Shown piece after piece: positions 35,375-44,698 of a stretch of 64,000 nt of DNA; the stretch's first letter is position 1; every line of letters begins with the position of its first letter. A program made the translations under genes and the position numbers. Source of the stretch: Nitrospinaceae bacterium (GTDB lineage Bacteria; Nitrospinota; Nitrospinia; Nitrospinales; Nitrospinaceae); the NCBI GenBank assembly GCA_965237905.1, contig OZ250172.1, positions 2,848,001-2,912,000 on the forward strand, read 5' to 3'. Under the pieces are notes generated by a model. It did no database searches. It worked only from the letters and a program-made list of their open reading frames with translations, and was not told the DNA's origin.

Positions 35375-37339
35375 TTAAAGCGTGGGGACATTGAGGGTTT
35401 TTTGAATCATATCCAACAGCAGGTTCAAGTCCATGGGTTTGGTCATGTAATTTTTGAAACCTGAATCGAGGGCGTTTTTAATATCGTGCTCCATAGCGTT
35501 GGCACTCACTGCAATGACAGGAATGGATTTTGTTTCGTTCCAGCCCTGGAGTTTTTTGAAGGCGGTTATTCCATCCATCTCCGGAAGATTGATATCCATT
35601 AAAATCAAAGAGGGCTGATGTTGGCGTGCCAAATCCAGGCCGTCAACCGCGTTTTGGCTGGACATAAAGTTAAAGGACGTAAATTCCTGAAGGTATTTTT
35701 GCACCAGCATCAGGTTGGAATTATTGTCCTCTATATAAAGGATGGTTTGTTGGTTTTGATTTTCTTCCTTAGTTTTTTTTGGGACTATTTTTCCCAGGGG
35801 ATGTTCTTTTGGAACCTGCCCCGAGTGATCTCCCGCCGGGAGTTCAATGGTAAACCGGCTTCCTTTCCCCTTTTCGCTTTCCAGGGAAATAGTCCCATCC
35901 ATTAAACCCATCAGCTTTTTGGTTATGGTCAACCCGATACCGGTTCCCTCGATTCCTGAATCCTCCGCCCCCAGGCGTTCAAAGGGTTCAAATAATAATT
36001 TCTGCTTGTCGGCTTCAATTCCAGGTCCAGTATCGATGACATGTATTTTTACCCGGTTCGCATCCGTTATTTCGCTTTTAAGGAAAACTTCTCCTCCCTC
36101 CCGATTATATTTGATCGCATTAGCCACCAGATTGATAAGGGCTTGTTTCAGACGAGTGGAATCTGCAAACACATATAGGGCGGATTCCGATATGTGATCC
36201 CTTATTTTGATCCTCCTTTTGTTTGCTATGGGTTCAACCACCGGTAACAGTTTTTTCAGAAGGCGGGAGACGTCTGTGTTTTCATTGAAGACTTTCAGCG
36301 ACCCGGTTTCGATCTGGGTCAGGTCCAACACTTCACTAATGAGTTCCAGTAAATGATTTCCTGCGGTTCGAATTTGTCCAACGTTTTCATTTTCTTTGGA
36401 GTCCAGATGACCTTTTTTATTCAGTTCGAGAAGTTGCGCGAAACCGAGGATGGCATTGAGCGGAGTTCTCAGTTCATGGCTCATGTGAGAGAGAAATTCA
36501 GATTTGGCGCGGCTGGCTTGTTCGGCTTCTTCCTGCGCTTTTCGTAACAAAGCTTCGGTTTCTTTGCGCTGAGTTACATCTCTCTTTAACGCCTCATTGA
36601 TTTTGACGAGATCGGAGGTACGCTCTTCCACTCGTTTTTCCAGTTCGGCCTGTGAAACTTTAAGGGCGATCTCCGTTAGTTTTTTCTGGGTGATGTCGGT
36701 AGCGACACCGGCGATACGGTAATTTTCACCCAACTCATTTTTAATAGGAAATCCCTTGGCGTGGATCCATCGTAGGGAGTTATCCGGGCGCTTTATCCGG
36801 TATTCAACATCGAACAACCCTCGAACCAGGCTTTCTTGGTTGAACACCGCGATTACTTTCGACTGATCTTCAGGAAGAATAAAGCTGATCCAGATTTTTG
36901 GGTCCTTATATAAATCAGCCGATTTTCTCTGAAAGATAGTTTCGTAAGCCGGGCTGACATAAATAATCTCTCCACCATCAATGCTGGTCATCCAGAATAT
37001 TTCTTCCAGGTTTTCAGTCAGCTGGCGAAAGTACTCTTCATTTTCTCTCAGGCTTTTCTCCGTTTTTTTGGGGGCGGTCAGTATTTGTTCCAGAAAAAAA
37101 ATGGAAAGGAAAGCCATGATGCTGACCATGAGGCCGGGCAACTCGGATGAGGCCAGGGTGAAATCGGTGAGATTGGAAGCCGGTGTGTTCCACAGCGTCA
37201 GTAATTGATGCAACGCCATCAATGCGAACATCAGGGTTAGAAAACCGATTCGCCAATCGCGCGTACGGCGAAGCAAAAGAACTGACCAGACAACAGCCAG
37301 AATACGGATGGCGATGGAGGTTCCTATGATTGCAATCAT
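35375..37339 (-). CDS. Membrane-bound hybrid PAS histidine kinase with C-terminal receiver
   Basis: Three N-terminal TM helices, PAS/PAC, SHELRTPLN, NAIKYN, DTGPG, GTGIGL, REC (IED...DINLP...KP). Confidence 0.95.
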   Translation of the reverse strand: MIAIIGTSIAIRILAVVWSVLLLRRTRDWRIGFLTLMFALMALHQLLTLWNTPASNLTDFTLASSELPGLMVSIMAFLSIFFLEQILTAPKKTEKSLRENEEYFRQLTENLEEIFWMTSIDGGEIIYVSPAYETIFQRKSADLYKDPKIWISFILPEDQSKVIAVFNQESLVRGLFDVEYRIKRPDNSLRWIHAKGFPIKNELGENYRIAGVATDITQKKLTEIALKVSQAELEKRVEERTSDLVKINEALKRDVTQRKETEALLRKAQEEAEQASRAKSEFLSHMSHELRTPLNAILGFAQLLELNKKGHLDSKENENVGQIRTAGNHLLELISEVLDLTQIETGSLKVFNENTDVSRLLKKLLPVVEPIANKRRIKIRDHISESALYVFADSTRLKQALINLVANAIKYNREGGEVFLKSEITDANRVKIHVIDTGPGIEADKQKLLFEPFERLGAEDSGIEGTGIGLTITKKLMGLMDGTISLESEKGKGSRFTIELPAGDHSGQVPKEHPLGKIVPKKTKEENQNQQTILYIEDNNSNLMLVQKYLQEFTSFNFMSSQNAVDGLDLARQHQPSLILMDINLPEMDGITAFKKLQGWNETKSIPVIAVSANAMEHDIKNALDSGFKNYMTKPMDLNLLLDMIQKTLNVPTL

Positions 37340-37466
37340 AGTGATCGGGTCTAAATGTTTGTTGATATGAGAGGCACGAATTGTTCAGCAGGGAAAACAA
37401 TTGTGATGAGCCCCAAGCTTTATGGTATGGATTTTGGGGTGGCAGGGCAAGGATAATATGAGTGCT

Positions 37467-38585
37467 CTATCTGAGGGGAATTTCAAACCAGAAGGTCGCT
37501 CCGGAACCCAGTTGGCTGGTCACATTCAGGTGGCCTTCATGAGCCTGAACCATTTTTTTGGAAATGGCCAGTCCCAGACCCGAACTGGATTCCCCGGCGG
37601 TGGGGCGAGCGGATAGTTTCTGAAAATGCTGAAAAAGTTTTTCCTGGTCTTCATCAGAAATCCCCGGCCCTTCATCCTTGACGCTAAAAACCAGTTTTCC
37701 TTCGCGTTCTTCCAAGCTGATAAAAATGGTTGTCCCGGATTCAGAAAATTTAATGGCATTGCTGATCAGGTTATCAATCACCTGGCCCATTTTGTTGGCA
37801 TCGATTCGGCACTTGGGAATGTTCGGCAGCTCGGATTGAATACGGATATTTTTTTTGTCGGCAAAAAACTGGTTGATCATGATGTGATGGTTGATCAGGC
37901 TTTCGAACGATTCGGGTTGAAGATCCAACTGTAGTTTTCCGCTTTCAATGACCGAGACGTCCAGCAGTTCATTGACCATCTGCAACAGATTCTCACTGCT
38001 TTTAAAGATAAAGTCGAGAAATTGGTCTTTGGTTTCCTCAGGCAATTCCTTTTTGTCATCCTTCAGAATCTGGGAGTAACCTTTGATCGCGCTCAGACCG
38101 TTTCTCATATCGTGAGACGCCATTCCCAGGAACTTATTTTTGAGTTCATTAAGCTCGTTCAATTGATCGTTTTTCAATTCCAACTGTTTTATCAATTGCT
38201 GAACTTTCAGGTGGGTTTGGACCCGCGCGAGCACTTCACTGTGGTTAAAGGGTTTGGTGATGTAATCGACCCCTCCCTCTTTGAAACCCTGTATAACGTC
38301 CTCCGGCTCGGCTCGGGCGGTAATGAAAATTACGGGCAGATTGCGCGTGCCTTCCTGGGTTTTCAGCTGGCGGCAGGTTTCAAATCCGTCGATACCCGGC
38401 ATGTTGACATCGAGGAGAATCAGGTCCGGCGCAAACTTCTCTGTGATAGTCAGGGCCTGTGCACCGCTTTGGGCAATAGATATAAGATAGTCCTCTTCCA
38501 GGATTTCTTCCAGGATTCTCAAATTCGTAGGGGTATCATCTACGATTAAGACTTTTGGCTTGTCGGCAGGGCTCGAGTCGTTCAT
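37467..38585 (-). CDS. REC-histidine kinase hybrid
   Basis: IVDD...DVNMP...KPF then SHDMRN, NAIKFS, DEGPG, SGLGL. Confidence 0.95.
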   Translation of the reverse strand: MNDSSPADKPKVLIVDDTPTNLRILEEILEEDYLISIAQSGAQALTITEKFAPDLILLDVNMPGIDGFETCRQLKTQEGTRNLPVIFITARAEPEDVIQGFKEGGVDYITKPFNHSEVLARVQTHLKVQQLIKQLELKNDQLNELNELKNKFLGMASHDMRNGLSAIKGYSQILKDDKKELPEETKDQFLDFIFKSSENLLQMVNELLDVSVIESGKLQLDLQPESFESLINHHIMINQFFADKKNIRIQSELPNIPKCRIDANKMGQVIDNLISNAIKFSESGTTIFISLEEREGKLVFSVKDEGPGISDEDQEKLFQHFQKLSARPTAGESSSGLGLAISKKMVQAHEGHLNVTSQLGSGATFWFEIPLR

Positions 38586-38758
38586 GCTCTATGTGGGTTT
38601 GGCGCCATTAAAAAATGATCTTCTATCCGGGATTGCCAAAAAAAATAAATTAGCTTACCCTTATGGAGCAAGAAGTCACACTGTTTTTTGCTCCATGCTT
38701 TTTGAGTTCACTTGGCCTGACGAAATATTGTAGTTGTCTTTTTCGGAATAATCAAATT

Positions 38759-40195
38759 ATGGCGAAACCTTTAATATTTGTGGTGGACGACGAACCTGAA
38801 TCCGGCGGCCTGCTCGCCTATTATCTGGAGAAAGCCGGTTATGAGGTGGCGCAGTTTTCCAATGGGCCGGACTGTCTGAAGGCGTTGGACCGCAACCCCA
38901 GCCTCGTTTGTCTGGATATGCAAATGCCGGAGATGGACGGATTGGAGGTTCTCAAACGGATCAAAGCCCAGAACTCCAAATTGGGAGCCATCATGGTTAC
39001 CTCGAATAATGAGGTCGACACGGCAGTTCAGGCGTTGAAACTAGGCGCGGCAGACTACATCATCAAACCCGCGGATCGGGAAAGATTCCTGACGACGGTG
39101 GAGGATACTTTGGATCAGACTCAGTTGGTGGGCCAGATCCGCAATATGGAAAAGGACATGGAAAGCGCTTTCGCCTACAAAAATATTGTGGGAGAGAGCC
39201 AGGCCATCAAGAAGGTGTTCACCCAAATTGAGCAGGTCAAAGACAGCAACGTCAATGTGTATATCAATGGCGAAAGCGGGACGGGTAAGGAACTGGTGGC
39301 GCGCGCCATCCATTTCAGCGGACCGGAGGAGAACCGGCCATTTATCGATATCAATTGTAGCGCGCTGGCCGAAGGACTGTTGGAAACCGAAATGTTTGGA
39401 CATGAAAAGGGGGCGTTTACCGGAGCCATAGGGACCCACCGCGGCAAGCTGGAGTTGGCCGACGGCGGAACTCTGTTTTTCGATGAAATAGCCGACATGA
39501 GCCTCAAGCTTCAGGTCAAGCTTCTCAGGTTTCTGGAGGAGAAAAGTTTTGAAAGGGTGGGGGGCACCAAAAAAATCAAGGTCAACGTAAGAGTGGTTTC
39601 AGCGACCAATAAGGATTTGCAGAAAGAAGTCGAAAAAGGAAATTTTCGCGAGGATTTATATTACCGCCTGGTGGTTTTTACCATTCATGTGCCGCCGCTG
39701 AGAGAAAGAAAGAACGATATTCCGCTTTTGTGTGGCTACCTCCTGAATAAATTTAAAGATGAGCTGAATAAAGAGATTTCCCATATTTCACCCGGCGCCA
39801 TGGATATTCTCAATCATTACCGTTGGCCCGGAAACGTCCGGCAACTGCAGAATGTGATATTGCAATCGATGTTGATGTCGCAGACCAGTACGATTGAAAT
39901 CGAGAATCTTCCCCAGGAAATCCAGAAAGCAGGGGAGGAGGGGGCTACTGCCTCGGTCAAAGGAGAACCTGCTTTGTCTGAGGAAGTGAGAGCATCAGAT
40001 GGAATGGAAACGTCGGAAAACGATCAGGCCGGTTCCAATAGGATTTCCCTGGATGAAGGTGAAAAACAGACTCTCATGAGCGCTCTTAAAATGACCAACT
40101 GGAATATCTCCGAAGCTTCCAACCTTTTAGGTATTAGTCGAACTACCTTTTACCGGAAACTCAAAAAGCATGGGTTGAGCCAGACCCGGGGCTAA
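38759..40195 (+). CDS. sigma54-dependent NtrC-family response regulator (REC-AAA+-Fis HTH)
   Basis: GESGTGKE, intact GAFTGA, FFDEI, WPGNVRQL, LGISRTTFYRKLKK; likely start 38759. Confidence 0.97.
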   Translation: MAKPLIFVVDDEPESGGLLAYYLEKAGYEVAQFSNGPDCLKALDRNPSLVCLDMQMPEMDGLEVLKRIKAQNSKLGAIMVTSNNEVDTAVQALKLGAADYIIKPADRERFLTTVEDTLDQTQLVGQIRNMEKDMESAFAYKNIVGESQAIKKVFTQIEQVKDSNVNVYINGESGTGKELVARAIHFSGPEENRPFIDINCSALAEGLLETEMFGHEKGAFTGAIGTHRGKLELADGGTLFFDEIADMSLKLQVKLLRFLEEKSFERVGGTKKIKVNVRVVSATNKDLQKEVEKGNFREDLYYRLVVFTIHVPPLRERKNDIPLLCGYLLNKFKDELNKEISHISPGAMDILNHYRWPGNVRQLQNVILQSMLMSQTSTIEIENLPQEIQKAGEEGATASVKGEPALSEEVRASDGMETSENDQAGSNRISLDEGEKQTLMSALKMTNWNISEASNLLGISRTTFYRKLKKHGLSQTRG

Positions 40196-40305
40196 CTGCT
40201 GTCAGAACCCCGGTTTCCAGGGATTAGGGAATCTCCCCAAGACCAACTATCACCTGATCCTTGGTCCGGTTTGAATCCTGAGTTAACCCCTAACGGGTAA
40301 ATCCC

Positions 40306-40341
40306 AAAAAAAAACGCCCGACGGTCAAACCGTCAGGCGTT
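40306..40341 (-). terminator. Intrinsic terminator, unit 1
   Basis: AACGCCCGACGGT-CAA-ACCGTCAGGCGTT stem with A-run (U-tract on minus strand). Confidence 0.85.
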
Positions 40342-40359
40342 GGAAGTGCATTGTGCAGA

Positions 40360-40632
40360 TTAGAAACAGTTAGGATACTCACCTATTAAGCCTAAGTCCG
40401 CGCATGTAGGATCCGTATCGGGCTCTTCCACAACCTTCCATTCGGCCTTACCACTCTCAAGGTTAGCCTTTTCCAACCGCATCTCTTCACCATGCGTCAT
40501 GTCATCATCAGCCGTGGTAACCTTCGCGGCTTTTGCAGCTTTGTCAGGACCTGCCAAAGCTGGAGAACCCAGAACCAAACTTACGATAGCTACCATTGCA
40601 ATTTGGAACATCCAAAATTTAGCTTTTTTCAT
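40360..40632 (-). CDS. Secreted small protein, array member 1 (GPDKA subtype)
   Basis: Signal peptide ending PALA; C-terminus PTCADLGLIGEYPNCF; AGAGAGGT RBS. Confidence 0.9.
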   Translation of the reverse strand: MKKAKFWMFQIAMVAIVSLVLGSPALAGPDKAAKAAKVTTADDDMTHGEEMRLEKANLESGKAEWKVVEEPDTDPTCADLGLIGEYPNCF

Positions 40633-40707
40633 CTTTGTTACCTCTCTCTTAATTAATGACTATAGATCTATATATACCCCAATAAGAGTATTAACTGCTA
40701 TTAATAT

Positions 40708-40724
40708 AGCAGGATGCATGCCAA
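40708..40724 (-). promoter_or_regulatory. sigma54 promoter, unit 1
   Basis: Minus strand TTGGCAT-GCATC-CTGCT with correct GG/GC spacing, conserved in all five units. Confidence 0.8.
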
Positions 40725-41229
40725 CGGATCCCCTAAATATTCAATTTTATTCTACTAATTGAATTTAAACGGATTATTCAGGCATTTTTATTGTTCATAT
40801 GGAATCCTAGTATAGTTTTGAACATATCTAAGGGGATTTTCCGCCAAATTTGGGCTCTGGTTGGACATTATTTGGATATTTTCATGTAGATAATTGATTT
40901 TATTACTTTTAGATCAATAATAGGAATTATCCAAAATTGCTCACTTTAACTCTTTATAATCAAAAGGCTTGTAATTTGGACGGTCAAATGGGTGGGGAGG
41001 GCTCCAGGTAAAAGAGTTGCGGCCTTCGCAGCCACTCCAAAGGGAACACAGGGGGTTTTACTACCATGCAGGGTTTGAACAATGAGCAGAGAGACGGTAA
41101 AAGGGGGTGCCCTATAAGTCTCCCCCAGGCGGGCTCCAAATAACATTTCTCTGGATGAAGGTAAGAAGTAGCCTTCTCTTGAGCGCTCTAAAAATGACCC
41201 GCTGGAATATCCTCTAATGGGTGAATCCC

Positions 41230-41265
41230 AAAAAAAAACGCCTAACGGCTCAGCCGTCAGGCGTT
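41230..41265 (-). terminator. Intrinsic terminator, unit 2
   Basis: AACGCCTAACGGC-TCA-GCCGTCAGGCGTT plus A-run. Confidence 0.85.
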
Positions 41266-41283
41266 AAAAGTACATTGTGCAGA

Positions 41284-41592
41284 TTAGAAACAATGGGGCC
41301 AAGTACCCAATAGTCCTAAGTCCGCGCATGTAGGATCTGGATCGGGATCAGGATCAGGCTCATCTGCGTGATGTTCAGCGTTGTGCTCGGCCAGTTGTTG
41401 GTCGTGCTGCGCTTGCCAGTGGTCAAGTTTTTCGGGGTGCATGGCAATTTTTTTGTCGAACATTTTTTGATGCTGTTCGTGCCATTTCTCGTCATCAAAT
41501 CCATGACCCTCTGCAAAAACCGGGGATCCAAAAACCAAACTTATGATGGCTACCATTGCGATTTGAGCTAACCAGAATTTAACGTTTTTCAT
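41284..41592 (-). CDS. Secreted small protein, array member 2 (His-rich subtype)
   Basis: Signal peptide ending PVFA; His-rich core; PD-repeat linker; PTCADLGLLGTWPHCF. Confidence 0.9.
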   Translation of the reverse strand: MKNVKFWLAQIAMVAIISLVFGSPVFAEGHGFDDEKWHEQHQKMFDKKIAMHPEKLDHWQAQHDQQLAEHNAEHHADEPDPDPDPDPTCADLGLLGTWPHCF

Positions 41593-41667
41593 TTTTTTTA
41601 CCTCACCTCTTATTAATAACTATAGATTCACACATACCCCGATAGAAGTATTGCTTGCCCTTGATAT

Positions 41668-41684
41668 AGCAGGATACATGCCAA
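41668..41684 (-). promoter_or_regulatory. sigma54 promoter, unit 2
   Basis: Minus strand TTGGCAT-GTATC-CTGCT. Confidence 0.8.
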
Positions 41685-42128
41685 GCAAGTACCTAAATGG
41701 GCGATTTTAATCTGCTAATTGAATTGAAGGGGATTATTCAAGGGGTTTTTATTCACATGGAATTTTAATGTAGTTTTTCAGAATATCGGGAACGATATTT
41801 TGGCTAAATTTGTACTCTAATTGGTTTGTTATTTAGACACCCTAATATAAGTGGTTGGCTTGATTTGACTTGGTTGATTGTTAAAGAGGGTACAAAGTTA
41901 TTCACTTTAGCCCTTTATAATCAAAAGCTTGTAATTTGGACAGTTAAATGGGTGAGATGGTTCAAGAAAAATAGAATTGAGGGGTTCTCAGTCACTCGGG
42001 AGAATAAAGGATGCCCTGGCTTGCCATGTTCCAGGAGGCGGGTTCAATAGCATTTCTTTGGGTGAAGGTGAGAAGCAGACTCAACCTGAACGCTTTTAGA
42101 ATGACCACTGAAAAGAAAGGATAACCCC

Positions 42129-42164
42129 AAAAAAAAACACCTGACGGCTCAGCCGTCAGGCGTT
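42129..42164 (-). terminator. Intrinsic terminator, unit 3
   Basis: AACACCTGACGGC-TCA-GCCGTCAGGCGTT plus A-run. Confidence 0.85.
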
Positions 42165-42182
42165 AGAAGTGCATTGTGCTCA

Positions 42183-42479
42183 TTAAAAACAATTGGGCCA
42201 AGTACCCATTAAGTCGAAGTCCTCGCATGTAGGATCCGGATTGGGATCATCTGGGTGAAATTCAGCATTGTGCTCGGCAAGTTTGCTGTCGAATACTTCT
42301 TGCCAGTGGGCAGATTTTTCGGGTTGACCAGTAACTTTTTTGTCTAACCATGCATCAAGATTCTCGTGCCATTTTGTGTCATCGAAGTTTTCATCGTCTG
42401 CGAAAACCGGGGACCCAAAGGCTAAACTTACGATGGCTACCATTGCAATTTGAGCTAACCAGAATTTAGCTTTTTTCAT
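42183..42479 (-). CDS. Secreted small protein, array member 3 (FDDxxWH subtype)
   Basis: Signal peptide ending PVFA; PTCEDFDLMGTWPNCF. Confidence 0.9.
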   Translation of the reverse strand: MKKAKFWLAQIAMVAIVSLAFGSPVFADDENFDDTKWHENLDAWLDKKVTGQPEKSAHWQEVFDSKLAEHNAEFHPDDPNPDPTCEDFDLMGTWPNCF

Positions 42480-42554
42480 TTTTTTACCTCTCTTCTCTCT
42501 TATGAATGACTATGGATCTATATATACCCCAAGTGGCGTATATATATTAAGTAA

Positions 42555-42571
42555 AGCAGGATGCATGCCAA
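42555..42571 (-). promoter_or_regulatory. sigma54 promoter, unit 3
   Basis: Minus strand TTGGCAT-GCATC-CTGCT. Confidence 0.8.
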
Positions 42572-43013
42572 TTGAGCACCTGAATGGGCGATTTTAATCT
42601 GGTAATTGAATTTAAAAGGATTATTCAGGCACTCTTTTATCACATGGAATTCCAATGTAGCTTTGAGATATATAGGAGGGGAGCTACTGCCAAACTTGGG
42701 CTCTATTTGGTTGATTATTCAGACACTCTCCGGTAAGTAATTAGTTTTATTAGCTTTAGCTGAATAATGGAAATTGCACAAAATCGCTCACTTTAGCCCT
42801 TTATAATCAAAAGACTTAAAATTTGGGCGGTTAAATGGGTGGGGTGGCTAAAGGAAAAACAGGGTTGTGGGGTTTTCAGTCACCCGTGAGAGTGAAAGAT
42901 GCCCTGGCTTGCCCTAGTCCCAGGCGGGTTCAATAGCATTTTTTTGGGTGAAGGTGAGAAGCAGACTCAACCTGAACGCTTTTAGAATGACCACTGAAGA
43001 GAAAGGATAACCC

Positions 43014-43049
43014 AAAAAAAAACACCTGACGGCTCAGCCGTCAGGTGTT
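43014..43049 (-). terminator. Intrinsic terminator, unit 4
   Basis: AACACCTGACGGC-TCA-GCCGTCAGGTGTT perfect stem plus A-run. Confidence 0.88.
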
Positions 43050-43067
43050 GGGATTACATTTTACAGA

Positions 43068-43319
43068 TTAGAAACAGTGGGGATAATCACCCACTAAGCC
43101 AAAGTCCTCGCATGTAGGCTCCGGATCGGGAACATCCGCTTGCTTCCATTTGGCATTACCTTCACCAAGATTAGCCTTTTCCAATCGCATCTCCTCACCA
43201 ACGGAAACCTTCGCGGCTTTTTCGGCTTTGTCAGGGCCTGCGAATACAGGGGACCCAAAAGCCAAGCTTACGACAGCTACCATTATAATTTGAACCAACC
43301 AAAAATTAATTTTCTTCAT
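43068..43319 (-). CDS. Secreted small protein, array member 4 (GPDKA subtype)
   Basis: Signal peptide ending PVFA; PTCEDFGLVGDYPHCF. Confidence 0.9.
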   Translation of the reverse strand: MKKINFWLVQIIMVAVVSLAFGSPVFAGPDKAEKAAKVSVGEEMRLEKANLGEGNAKWKQADVPDPEPTCEDFGLVGDYPHCF

Positions 43320-43412
43320 ATTTTTACCTCTCTCTTATTATAGATCTATATATACCCTTTTAGGGATATTATATTATATACCCCAAATAGAGTATCTATA
43401 TGCCATAAATAA

Positions 43413-43429
43413 AGCAGGATGCATGCCAA
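43413..43429 (-). promoter_or_regulatory. sigma54 promoter, unit 4
   Basis: Minus strand TTGGCAT-GCATC-CTGCT. Confidence 0.8.
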
Positions 43430-43853
43430 CCTGGGTCACGAATAGGTTACATTAGTCAACTATTTGAATTTTAAAGGGTTATCCAGGTATTTTCTTATTC
43501 ATATGGGATTCCAGTATAGCTTTGGAGTGCATCAGAAGGGATTTTTTGCCAAATTTGGGTACTGGTTGGACATTATTTAGACATCCTCCTATAAGTAGCT
43601 AATTTTATTAAGTTTAACTTATTGATAGGAATTGCAAAAATTGTTCACTTTGGCTCCTTATAATCAAAAGACTTAAAGTTTGGGCGCTAAATTTGGGTAA
43701 GGATGGCTAAGGTAAAACAGGGTTGTTGTCTTCGAAGTGACTCGAAGTCCCAGACGGGTTCCAGTAGTATTTCGCTGGATGAAGGCGAGAAGCAGACTCT
43801 CCGGAGGTTTTTAAAATGACCCACTGTGGAATATCCCCTAACGAGCAAATCCC

Positions 43854-43891
43854 AAAAAAAAACGCCTGACGGCTCTCAGCCGTCAGGCGTT
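43854..43891 (-). terminator. Intrinsic terminator, unit 5
   Basis: AACGCCTGACGGCT-CTC-AGCCGTCAGGCGTT perfect stem plus A-run. Confidence 0.88.
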
Positions 43892-43909
43892 GGAAGTGCA
43901 TTGTGCGGA

Positions 43910-44281
43910 TTAGAAACAATTGGGGTAAGTACCGATTAAGTCAAAGTCCGCGCATGTAAGAACCGGATCGGAAACGGTTGCATCTACATGGTATTTAGCG
44001 TTGTGCTTTTCCTTTTTTGCTTCGTGCTTTGCTTCCCATTTCGAAAATTTTTCCAATTCCTTAGTTTCCTTTTTCATCAGTTTATCGCCATCGTACTTCG
44101 CACGAATTTTTTCAAGCTTTGCTTTGTGCTTATCTTCTTTTTTATCCTTTTTTACTTGCCACTTATCGTGCCATGCGTTGTCATCGAAGTTATGATCTGC
44201 CAATACGGGAGAACCCCCCATAACCAGGCCTACGATAGCTACCATTGCAATTTGAAGCATCCAAAATTTAGCTTTTTTCAT
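43910..44281 (-). CDS. Secreted small protein, array member 5 (FDDxxWH subtype with Lys/Glu-rich insertion)
   Basis: Signal peptide ending PVLA; K/E-rich helix; LTCADFDLIGTYPNCF. Confidence 0.9.
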   Translation of the reverse strand: MKKAKFWMLQIAMVAIVGLVMGGSPVLADHNFDDNAWHDKWQVKKDKKEDKHKAKLEKIRAKYDGDKLMKKETKELEKFSKWEAKHEAKKEKHNAKYHVDATVSDPVLTCADFDLIGTYPNCF

Positions 44282-44352
44282 CTTGTCACCTCTCTTGTGA
44301 ATGACTATAGATCTATATATACCCCTAAAAGGGTATTAATTATCATAAATGA

Positions 44353-44369
44353 AGCAGGATGCATGCCAA
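44353..44369 (-). promoter_or_regulatory. sigma54 promoter, unit 5
   Basis: Minus strand TTGGCAT-GCATC-CTGCT. Confidence 0.8.
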
Positions 44370-44698
44370 TTGAGTAGCTAAATGATCAATTTTAATAGGG
44401 TATCTGAATTTAAAGAGATTATTCGGACATTTTTTTGTTCACATGGAGTTCTAGTGGACACATCGGAGGGGATTTTCTGCCATATTTAAGCTTGGTTGAT
44501 TGATTATTTAGACAGCCTCATGTAGGCAATTGGTTTTATTATTTTTAACTCAGTGATGGGAATTGCAAAAATTGTTCACTTTGGCTCCTTATAATCAAAA
44601 GGCCTGTAATTTGGGAGGGTAAATTTGGGTAAGGATGCTTGAGTTAAAACAGAGTCGTGGTCTTCGCAGTCACTCAAAGGGAACATAGGGGTGTACGG

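Noticed and set aside
40946..41146. 66-aa ORF between array units
   Set aside because: Explained as a chance frame across the relic kinase tail (FTVSL); not conserved in other units.
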